64,000 nucleotides of DNA from an uncultured Candidatus Pelagibacter sp. Lineage in GTDB: Bacteria; Pseudomonadota; Alphaproteobacteria; Paracaedibacterales; CAIOTO01. The DNA lies in the NCBI GenBank assembly GCA_964415115.1, contig CAYPYB010000001.1, forward strand, positions 75,228 through 139,227. Direction: 5' to 3'. This document shows, piece by piece, positions 56,539 to 64,000 of the stretch (positions within the stretch are counted from its first letter, which is position 1; each line of letters starts with the position of its first letter). Under the pieces are notes generated by a model that had not been told where the DNA came from, made no database searches, and saw only the letters and a program-made list of their open reading frames with translations. A program made the translations under genes and the position numbers.

Positions 56539-57375
56539 TTATCTGAGGGGCAAAAATTTCCGCCTCATGGATACAACAGGCTTAAATTGATTTGATGCAA
56601 AGGAAATAAATCTACGGTTCCTCGATTTTTTTATTGCTAATGTTTTTATTGGCAATAAAGGAACCACTTTTTGAGCTATCGAAACAGGCCTAGAAACGGT
56701 AGGTTTAATCTGATGATTTTTTGACAAACCTTTTTGAGCAGAATATTGAAGTAAACGAGTCGCATAATTTTTACCATTTTGAACATTAAAGAGGTTTTTG
56801 TATAAATCGTTAACATGTACATCCGATATATTTTGAATCGTTTTCAAAACCTTCTCTTGATAAGCCGATCCATATTTTTCTGTTTTAGAGTGATAATGAC
56901 CTATACTCTTTAACCAATCCTGAGAATTATCATAAAGGCGTTTTAAAAATTTGACAGCATAAGAAACATTGGTATGAGGGTCAAATGCAGAATCTAAATT
57001 CGAAAAAGCTTCGGGATGTTGCTTTAAATTAATTTGCATACATCCTACATCAATACTTTTTTTTCCCTTATTCATTAAATCTTTGACAGCCTGAATAGCT
57101 TGGCTTTTAGAATGGTACATATGCCCTTTTCCATCCACATTAATAGTCCAAGGCCACGCAATCCTGACATTAGGAGCTATTGTTCTACCCGACTCTACAA
57201 GCGCTATAGCCCTTAACATATTCTTTGGAAGCTTATAATTATTTTCAAAATGCTGAATAGGGACTTCGCACAAGGCAAAAGATTCTTGATAAAAACTTGC
57301 CCACATCATCGCGCAAACAGCGTACAACAATTGATCGGGGGATGACATTATTTTCATATTTCTTATTTTTTGCAT
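56539..57375 (-). CDS. lytic transglycosylase (SLT domain), signal peptide
   Basis: It has a catalytic Glu motif AIALVESGR followed by AWPWTINVDGKGH ... IDVGCMQINLKQH. It lies between the phaC-like gene and the flagellin promoter. Confidence 0.8.
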   Translation of the reverse strand: MQKIRNMKIMSSPDQLLYAVCAMMWASFYQESFALCEVPIQHFENNYKLPKNMLRAIALVESGRTIAPNVRIAWPWTINVDGKGHMYHSKSQAIQAVKDLMNKGKKSIDVGCMQINLKQHPEAFSNLDSAFDPHTNVSYAVKFLKRLYDNSQDWLKSIGHYHSKTEKYGSAYQEKVLKTIQNISDVHVNDLYKNLFNVQNGKNYATRLLQYSAQKGLSKNHQIKPTVSRPVSIAQKVVPLLPIKTLAIKKSRNRRFISFASNQFKPVVSMRRKFLPLR

Positions 57376-57389
57376 GCGATAAGATTAAA

Positions 57390-58679
57390 CTATGTAATAT
57401 AAATGTTTTGATTTTTTTTAACTTTTTGTAAAACAAACCTACCAGGTGCTGGTTCATTATGTTTCCACAAAGGATCAATTTTCTTTTGGTTATCTGTCCT
57501 AACAGGCAAATCATTTAAAGTAATTTGAGTGTTTTTACGCTTTTTTTTCAATTCAACTGAATTTTGTTTCATAAACCATGGAATCCAAGAAGTTATCCAC
57601 GAACCTTGTCGCGAATCTTTTTTATCTTTAGAATGTAAAGTGTGGTTGTATCTAGATTTTTTAAAATGATGAACAACACCCGCTACATGGCCTCCATCAC
57701 CTACACAATAAGTATTATTTTTAAAATACTGAATACCTGGCTCTATAGCAGAAGGTGGAACTATATGATCTTTTTCAAGTGCCAACATAAACGTTGGAAT
57801 TTTAATAGATTTTTCAGACAGTTTTTTCATCAAGTCATTTTTTGAAAAAATATTTCTAATATATTCATAATGCAATTTTCCAGATATATTGCTGCTGTCC
57901 TTATTCCAAAACAAATAATCTATAGTTTTTTTCTGTTCTTTTTTCACAATCCTTTGAATAATTTCTTGATGAATCATTTCTTTGATTTTTAAAAATGAAA
58001 AAATCTGATGCATTCTTTCACCGTGAAAATATCCTTCTTTGTCGATTAAATATTTTATTTGTTGCGCCATATTATTAGAGCAGGATCCAGAAAGATTTTT
58101 TAATTCTGAAAAATCTAAAGGTGTTGCAATTAACGTCAAAGATTTAAATGCTTTAGGATACTTTAAGGTCATAATCACCGACAATACGCCGCCTACGCAA
58201 TACCCCAAAACATGAATAGACTTAAATTTCTTTTTAATCATTGCCATTGCTTGTTCTACAGCATAGATCATATCTTGAAATCCAATGTCACAGTAAGATT
58301 CGTCAGGATTAGCCCAAGACACACAAAATACGTTGATATTACTGCTATTCAAATACTGGACAAAGGATTTGTTTTCCTCTAAATCAAAAATATAAAATTT
58401 ATTAATCCATGGAGAAATGATTAAGACGCAATCTTCAGATTCTTGAAAGGAGGGATAATGAATAAGCTGCATCAAAGGTGTTTCTAAAACCACTTGTCCG
58501 GATGCTGTGGCAAGATTTCCACCCAAACAAAATTCTTCTAACGACGCATCATCTAGCTTTACCCAACCCAAAGATGCAGCTACTGCTAGTTGCAATTCAT
58601 CAATCGTAAGACAAGGGCTTTCCTGAATTAAATCAGAAAAAAATTCTTGTTGCTTGACAAAAAAGTCATTAAAAAACAT
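57390..58679 (-). CDS. phaC: short PHA synthase (PhaC)-like alpha/beta hydrolase
   Basis: PhaC blocks are present: ISPWINKFYIFDL, FCVSWANPD, the lipase-box-like GYCVGG, EKDHIVPP, GGHVAGVV, and a C-terminal APGRFV. At 429 aa it lacks the long N-terminal region of class I enzymes. Confidence 0.65.
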   Translation of the reverse strand: MFFNDFFVKQQEFFSDLIQESPCLTIDELQLAVAASLGWVKLDDASLEEFCLGGNLATASGQVVLETPLMQLIHYPSFQESEDCVLIISPWINKFYIFDLEENKSFVQYLNSSNINVFCVSWANPDESYCDIGFQDMIYAVEQAMAMIKKKFKSIHVLGYCVGGVLSVIMTLKYPKAFKSLTLIATPLDFSELKNLSGSCSNNMAQQIKYLIDKEGYFHGERMHQIFSFLKIKEMIHQEIIQRIVKKEQKKTIDYLFWNKDSSNISGKLHYEYIRNIFSKNDLMKKLSEKSIKIPTFMLALEKDHIVPPSAIEPGIQYFKNNTYCVGDGGHVAGVVHHFKKSRYNHTLHSKDKKDSRQGSWITSWIPWFMKQNSVELKKKRKNTQITLNDLPVRTDNQKKIDPLWKHNEPAPGRFVLQKVKKNQNIYIT

Positions 58680-58881
58680 ACATCCATGTGAATTTCATTT
58701 TTTAATATGGTGTATTAATGAACTTAAAATTTAGTTAAAGACTTTTTAGATCCTCTCTTTTTTGAGAGGGATCTGAAATTGTTCATACTTCTAAATTTGA
58801 TAATTAATATCTCATATTAATTATGTTCAATAAATGATGCTGATCTGGTGCTTAGATGTTGGAAACCATTTTGAATCATAT

Positions 58882-58940
58882 CAGTTACAGTTACAGTTAC
58901 AGTTACAGTTACAGTTACAGTTACAGTTACAGTTACAGTT
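58882..58940. repeat. hexanucleotide microsatellite (CAGTTA) x 9 perfect units plus a partial tenth
   Basis: I counted this directly from the sequence: units at 58882, 58888, ... 58930, then CAGTT. It lies in the 525-bp divergent intergenic region between the phaC-like gene and ileS. Confidence 0.95.
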
Positions 58941-59204
58941 TGATTTTCCGTTTGAAGTTCTGCTGATTCATAAATTAAAAAACTTACTTTGCCAGATAAT
59001 CTTTGGAATTCGGAAGCTGATACAATTTGTAATGTTAATGATAACTTTCCATTAATAATAATCTATAAAAGTATTGTTTTTCAAATTACATCTTGAAAAT
59101 TTCAAAAATGTTCTTCTGATGTCCAATTCTTTGTTACTGCAATAATTTCATTTTTTTGATATCGTATACAACATAACTTATACGTATTTCAGGTCACAAT
59201 ATCT

Positions 59205-62006
59205 ATGGATTTTAAAGATACATTATTTCTTCCACAAACGAACTTTTCGATGAGAGGGCAGCTTCCCCTTAAAGAACCCGTCTTTATCAATAAGTGGTCA
59301 GAAAATAAATTGTATGAAAGCATTCGATCAAAAAGCAAAGGAAAGAAGAAATTTGTTCTTCAGTTCGGACCACCCTATGCTAATGGACATATACACATTG
59401 GTCATGCTTTAAGCGAAGTTTTAAAAGATATTATTAACAAGACCTACCAGATGAAAGGGTTTGATGCTGGTATGATTCCTGGCTGGGATTGCCATGGATT
59501 ACCTATAGAATGGAAAATCGAAGAACAATACAGAGCTAAAGGTCTGAACAAAGACGATATAGACCCTATAGTCTTTCGTCAAGAATGCAGAGATTTTGCA
59601 CAAAAGTGGACCGATATTCAAAAAGAAGAATTTAAGCGTTTAGGTATTATTGCTGATTTTGATAACGCATACTCAACCATGAATTTCAAAACCGAAGCAA
59701 AAATTGTTGAGGAACTCGGTAAAATTTTAATGAACGGATCTTTGTATCGTGGTCTTAAGCCTGTTCTTTGGTCTGTGGTTGAAAAAACAGCTTTAGCGGA
59801 AGCAGAAGTTGAATATAAAGATCACACCAGTGATTCAATCATGGTTGCTTTTCCTATCATTAAAACAAATTATTCCTTACTGCAGAACGTAAAAGCTGTA
59901 ATTTGGACAACAACACCTTGGACACTTCCTGCCAACAGAGCAATTTCCTATGGTGAAGATATCGATTACATTTTGGTAAGCATTGAACGTCAAGATAATA
60001 AAGCTGAAACATTTCTTATCGCTGCAGAGCGTCTTGAATATTTCCTAGCAGAAACAGAATTTAAATTGATTTCAAAAACCAATCCATTAAAAGGATCACT
60101 TTTAGAAGGTACCATCTGTCACCATCCTTGGAACTCTAAAGGATATGATTTTGATGTTCCATTATTAATGGGTAGACATGTCACAACAGATGCAGGAACT
60201 GGTCTTGTGCATACAGCTCCAACTCATGGTTTGGAAGATTTTGAAGTTGGACAAAAATACAATTTAGAAATTCCTGAATATGTTCAAAACGATGGCACGT
60301 ATGCAGAGCATACACCTTTGTTTGCGGGTCAGCATATTTTCAAAGTAAATGCGAAAGTTATTGAAGAATTAAAATCCGTAGATGCTTTATTATCTTCTAA
60401 AAAATTACTTCATAGCTATCCGCATTCTTGGAGATCTAAGTCCCCTCTTATTTATAGAACAACCGCTCAATGGTTTATCAGTATGAACATAAACCAATTA
60501 AGAGATAAAGCTTTAGACGCTATTAATGATGTTAATTGGTTTCCTGCATCCGGCAAAAATCGCATTAGCAGTATGGTTGAAAATCGTCCAGATTGGTGTT
60601 TATCACGCCAACGTGCTTGGGGTACACCCATCGCTATTTTTGTAAACAAAGCTACTGGCGAACCACTCAGAGATGAAAAAGTTCATCAAAGAATTGTTGA
60701 TGCTATCGCAAAAGAAGGTGCAGATGTTTGGTTTAAAAATGATGCATCCTATTTTCTTGCACCAGATTATAATCCTGAACATTATGAAAAAATAAACGAT
60801 ATCCTTGATGTGTGGTTTGATAGCGGATGCGTACATGCCTTTACGATTGAAAATAACCCCGATCAGGCATGGCCGGCTGATGTTTATTTAGAAGGATCCG
60901 ATCAACATCGTGGATGGTTTCAAGCTTCTTTACTTGAAAGCTGTGGAACTCGAGGCATTGCACCTTATAAAAATGTAGTTACCCATGGTTTCGTCTTAGA
61001 CAAAAATGGTTATAAAATGTCTAAGTCGCTAGGAAACACTATTACCCCTGGTGAAATTATTGAAAAATACGGAGCAGATCTTCTAAGACTTTGGATTGTC
61101 AATTCTGATTATTCTGAAGATCTGAGGATCGGCGATGAAATAATGAAGCGACAAGAAGATATTTATAGACGTTTCAGAAATACGTTGCGCTATCTTTTAG
61201 GAGCCGTCAATGGATATTCTGAAGCTGAAAAAGTTGATTATCAAGATCTTCCATCACTAGAAAAATACATATTACATCAATGTGCATCCCTTGATAAAGT
61301 TCACGAGGAAAGCATTAATAATTTTGATTTTTCAACATTCTATTCAAGCCTACATCAATTTTGTTCCGTAGACTTGTCATCTTTCTACTTTGACATGCGC
61401 AAAGATGTTTTGTATTGTGACCATGCTTCTTCGATTACCAGAAAAGCCACAAGAACTGTTATGATGACCATATTAGAGAAATTGATTCTTTGGTTAGCGC
61501 CAGTACTTAGCTTTACAGCTGAAGAAGCTTTTGAAGAATTGCAAATTCAACAGGATATTAGCGACAGAGATAGTGTTCACACCATGCTCTTTAGTACAGC
61601 CGATTCAAACTGGTTTAACCCAGTAGAATTTAACAAATGGGTTCAAATTAAAAATATTCGAAAAGTGGTTACATCAGCTTTAGAAATTGAACGCTCTGCA
61701 AAAACTATCGGCTCTAGTTTACAGGCCCATATCGATGTTTATGTGAATCACGAAACCTTCGAATTCCTTGAAAACGTGGACCTAAACGAGCTTTGCATTG
61801 TATCGTCCTCGCGTCTGTTGTTAGCCAATTCTCCTGCAAATGCTGTAACAATTGATGATGTAGAAAATGTTGGTGTTGTCGTTATTCCTGCAGAAGGTCT
61901 AAAATGTGAAAGGTGTTGGAAAATTTATAACCCATCTGAAACTGCGAATGATTTAAATATATGCAATCGTTGCGATGACGCTATTCAAAAAACGGCTCAA
62001 AGTTAA
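59205..62006 (+). CDS. ileS: isoleucine--tRNA ligase
   Basis: It has PYANGHIHIGHAL (HIGH), KMSKSLGN and a C-terminal zinc motif CERCWK...CNRC. Length is 933 aa. Confidence 0.95.
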   Translation: MDFKDTLFLPQTNFSMRGQLPLKEPVFINKWSENKLYESIRSKSKGKKKFVLQFGPPYANGHIHIGHALSEVLKDIINKTYQMKGFDAGMIPGWDCHGLPIEWKIEEQYRAKGLNKDDIDPIVFRQECRDFAQKWTDIQKEEFKRLGIIADFDNAYSTMNFKTEAKIVEELGKILMNGSLYRGLKPVLWSVVEKTALAEAEVEYKDHTSDSIMVAFPIIKTNYSLLQNVKAVIWTTTPWTLPANRAISYGEDIDYILVSIERQDNKAETFLIAAERLEYFLAETEFKLISKTNPLKGSLLEGTICHHPWNSKGYDFDVPLLMGRHVTTDAGTGLVHTAPTHGLEDFEVGQKYNLEIPEYVQNDGTYAEHTPLFAGQHIFKVNAKVIEELKSVDALLSSKKLLHSYPHSWRSKSPLIYRTTAQWFISMNINQLRDKALDAINDVNWFPASGKNRISSMVENRPDWCLSRQRAWGTPIAIFVNKATGEPLRDEKVHQRIVDAIAKEGADVWFKNDASYFLAPDYNPEHYEKINDILDVWFDSGCVHAFTIENNPDQAWPADVYLEGSDQHRGWFQASLLESCGTRGIAPYKNVVTHGFVLDKNGYKMSKSLGNTITPGEIIEKYGADLLRLWIVNSDYSEDLRIGDEIMKRQEDIYRRFRNTLRYLLGAVNGYSEAEKVDYQDLPSLEKYILHQCASLDKVHEESINNFDFSTFYSSLHQFCSVDLSSFYFDMRKDVLYCDHASSITRKATRTVMMTILEKLILWLAPVLSFTAEEAFEELQIQQDISDRDSVHTMLFSTADSNWFNPVEFNKWVQIKNIRKVVTSALEIERSAKTIGSSLQAHIDVYVNHETFEFLENVDLNELCIVSSSRLLLANSPANAVTIDDVENVGVVVIPAEGLKCERCWKIYNPSETANDLNICNRCDDAIQKTAQS

Positions 62007-62050
62007 AATCATTAATAACAAAAAACTTAAAAGAAAGGACTTTTTATTTT

Positions 62051-62656
62051 ATGTTTACATTACCCAATTTGCCTTATGCGCAAAATGCTCTAGAGCCCCA
62101 TATTTCTGAAAAAACCATTTCATTCCATTATGGGAAACATCATCAGGGATATCTTAACATGCTAAACAAGCTTGTTGAAGGAACAGATTATGCATCGATG
62201 ACTCTTGATGATGTTATGAAAAGTTCACATGGTCGTGTTGAAGATACAGCTATATTCAACAACTCAGCCCAGGTGTGGAACCATACCTTCTATTGGAATA
62301 GCATGAAACCTAATGGAGGAGGAATTCCTCAAGGCAAATTGCACGATGCCATAGTTCGTGATTTTGGTGAAATTCAAAAAGTTATTGATGGTTTGAAGAA
62401 TGCAGCAACCACTCAATTTGGAAGCGGTTGGGCATGGCTTTGTTGTACTACCGAAGGACAGCTGACTATTCAAAAAACAGGAAACGCTCAAAATCCTATA
62501 ACAGACGGTCTTATTCCTTTACTCACCATTGATGTTTGGGAACATGCATATTACTTGGACTACCAGAATTTAAGAGCTTCATATCTGAATACGTTCTTTG
62601 AACATCTTATTAACTGGGAATGGGCAAAACAAAATTATGAACAAGTCATAAAATAA
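62051..62656 (+). CDS. sodB: iron superoxide dismutase
   Basis: Motifs read: LPYAQNALEPHISEKTISFHYGKHH, the Fe-type AQVWNHTFYW, and DVWEHAYYLDYQN. Confidence 0.9.
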   Translation: MFTLPNLPYAQNALEPHISEKTISFHYGKHHQGYLNMLNKLVEGTDYASMTLDDVMKSSHGRVEDTAIFNNSAQVWNHTFYWNSMKPNGGGIPQGKLHDAIVRDFGEIQKVIDGLKNAATTQFGSGWAWLCCTTEGQLTIQKTGNAQNPITDGLIPLLTIDVWEHAYYLDYQNLRASYLNTFFEHLINWEWAKQNYEQVIK

Positions 62657-62665
62657 GTTATCTTA

Positions 62666-63103
62666 ATGAACGAGGTTTTGGTAACAGGAATAATCTATTC
62701 TTTTAGTGGGTTATTTTTAGCTATCCAAGACCTCAAATATCGCTGCGTTAGCGCTTATTTATTTTACTTTTGGATTATCATCCAAATAATATTGGTCACT
62801 TCTAATCTAAATATATCAAGCATTTTCATCATGGCAACGACAGGTTTATTTTTGCATGGATATAATGTTATTCGAAAAATAAAAGCCATCCAGACCATTG
62901 ATATCATTTTTTTATCATTAAGCGCTATGATACTACCAGATCAAACCATACCATTTTTTTTATTCAATTTTTTTTGGATTTCGATTATTTATATTTTTAT
63001 TGAAAAAAGAAAACATTTTTTTGCATGGAAAGTAGTAAACACAAAAGAATTACCTTTTATATCCATCTGCTACATCAACATTATATTATCTTTATTTTTT
63101 TAA
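62666..63103 (+). CDS. hypothetical small polytopic membrane protein
   Basis: It is 145 aa with four or five hydrophobic segments. I recognise no diagnostic motif. Confidence 0.45.
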   Translation: MNEVLVTGIIYSFSGLFLAIQDLKYRCVSAYLFYFWIIIQIILVTSNLNISSIFIMATTGLFLHGYNVIRKIKAIQTIDIIFLSLSAMILPDQTIPFFLFNFFWISIIYIFIEKRKHFFAWKVVNTKELPFISICYINIILSLFF

Positions 63104-64000
63104 ATTCTTTTTCTTTTTTTTTGTAGTTTGAATTTCTTTTTCAATTTTACTTTATTTTTAGGCTTTAAGATTTTATTATACACAATATTTTGTTTACGAC
63201 TAAAAAACATATCGAGGTCATCGTTTTCCACCGATGACATACTGTTAATGTGAGACAACAAAAACGGATCAGGATTATTATCTCCTTTGCCTAAAAAGTT
63301 TTGAACTAACTTTCGAACCTTGTCATCTCTGGATCTTGCAGTTTTTCCACCCAGGTATACCACAAAGATACGCTTCATTTTACCTTGTATTTTGGCATAA
63401 GCCGATGTACTCAGATTAAACCCAGCAGGACCTGTGTATCCTGTTTTAATACCATCTACAACCTGTGTTGAACGAAAGAGTAATTTATTATGGTTTGAGT
63501 GCGTTTTCCCCTTAAAGGTGAAATATTTTTTTGAAAATAAATGCCAATGTTGGGGGAAATTTCTAAATAATGCTGCACCTAAAAGCATCATATCGTGTGC
63601 AGTGCAAACTTGTCCTTTATCATGCCATCCCGTTGCATTTTTAAAACGTGTATTGTGCATACCTAATTCTTTAGCTTTGTCATTCATTTCTTCGACAAAA
63701 ACCTGATGCGATCCTGCTAAACCTTCTGCGGCAACTACAGCAGCATCATTGGCTGATTTCACAACGATAGCTTGAATCAGATCTTGCACCGCAATTTGTT
63801 CTCCTTGTTTTAAATGAAGCTTTGAAGGTCTTTGTTTAACAGCCTCTGGGCCCACGTTAAAGCGGGTATTCATCGTTACTTTACCATCCCTTAATGCTTC
63901 AAAAAGAAGGTATAAAGTCATCTTCTTCGTTAAAGACGCAGGGTAATGCTGTGAATGCTCATTCTTTGAATATAAAGGCTTTAATGTCTCTGCATCGACA
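63100..64000 (-). CDS. D-alanyl-D-alanine carboxypeptidase (S11, PBP5/6-like), 5' end outside the window
   Basis: It has SxN (KSANDAA) and KTG (IKTGYT) motifs. Translating upstream of the track Met to the window edge gives PASLTKKMT (SxxK), so the gene continues past 64000. It has a lysine-rich C-terminal tail. Confidence 0.8.
   Translation of the reverse strand, partial: VDAETLKPLYSKNEHSQHYPASLTKKMTLYLLFEALRDGKVTMNTRFNVGPEAVKQRPSKLHLKQGEQIAVQDLIQAIVVKSANDAAVVAAEGLAGSHQVFVEEMNDKAKELGMHNTRFKNATGWHDKGQVCTAHDMMLLGAALFRNFPQHWHLFSKKYFTFKGKTHSNHNKLLFRSTQVVDGIKTGYTGPAGFNLSTSAYAKIQGKMKRIFVVYLGGKTARSRDDKVRKLVQNFLGKGDNNPDPFLLSHINSMSSVENDDLDMFFSRKQNIVYNKILKPKNKVKLKKKFKLQKKRKRI

Noticed and set aside
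57245-57514. 89-aa minus-strand ORF bridging the phaC-like 3' end and the SLT 5' end
   Set aside because: It is out of frame with both flanking genes, each of which has family motifs. It is probably spurious.
58882-58940. Possibility that the tandem array is a CRISPR or other spacer-containing array
   Set aside because: The units are 6 nt and directly abutting with no spacers, and no cas genes are in the window. It is a simple microsatellite.
58980-59000. Second sigma-54-like element (minus-strand CTGGCAAAG...)
   Set aside because: It has the TGGCA half, but no TTGC at the required 12-nt offset.
58834-59055. 73-aa ORF encoding a (QL)n repeat peptide
   Set aside because: The Q-L run is simply the translation of the (CAGTTA)n microsatellite. 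The flanks have no coding character, RBS or conserved motif. I treat it as a repeat, not a gene.
62666-63103. Small membrane protein as an A24 prepilin peptidase (CpaA-like)
   Set aside because: Only a weak resemblance exists around AIQDLKYR. The second catalytic Asp motif (GGGDxK-like) is absent.

Overview
This is an AT-rich (about one-third G+C by eye), gene-dense chromosomal segment. I count about 55 protein-coding genes, one tRNA (tRNA-Asp GUC) and no rRNA. I found no CRISPR array and no transposase, integrase or phage genes.

The gene content suggests a reduced alphaproteobacterium of the Rickettsiales/Holosporales kind. Supporting genes are LpxI, Coq7, cytochrome c1, SCO1, a ProP-like MFS transporter, an iscR-nifS-iscS-iscU-iscA-hscB-hscA operon with two tandem cysteine desulfurases, and flagellar genes with a sigma-54-type flagellin promoter. 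This is inference and needs a database search.

Most of the window is housekeeping:
- tilS, trxB, grx, rnhA, dcd, murA
- the isc operon
- a DevCAB-like ABC exporter
- lpxI, rsmB, rpe, petC, coq7, argS, mrp, fabH, pnp
- kup, rnd, trkH, ileS, sodB and a partial DD-carboxypeptidase

Flagellar genes are scattered: a lone fliI sits at 9 kb, and fliC-fliD-fliS plus an SLT transglycosylase sit at 52-57 kb.

I did not find a clear multi-gene novel system such as a defence island. The non-housekeeping signal is a set of lineage-specific exported proteins and decaying genes:
- An 861-aa exported protein with a long E/R/K-rich helical segment.
- A 457-aa exported protein built from a repeated P-x-x-C...C module and translationally coupled to kup.
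- A Q/N/P-rich membrane protein translationally coupled to trkH.
- A signal-peptide class I methyltransferase.
- A signal-peptide ELM1/DUF1022-like protein next to the filament genes.
- Three interrupted genes: a roughly 1.35 kb multi-stop relic, a 2H-phosphoesterase-like gene split by one TAA, and a small gene frameshifted at a C6 tract.

Other notable points are a cydA without cydB and a (CAGTTA)x9.8 microsatellite in the phaC-ileS intergenic region.

All functional calls rest on motifs I could read in the supplied translations. No similarity search was run.
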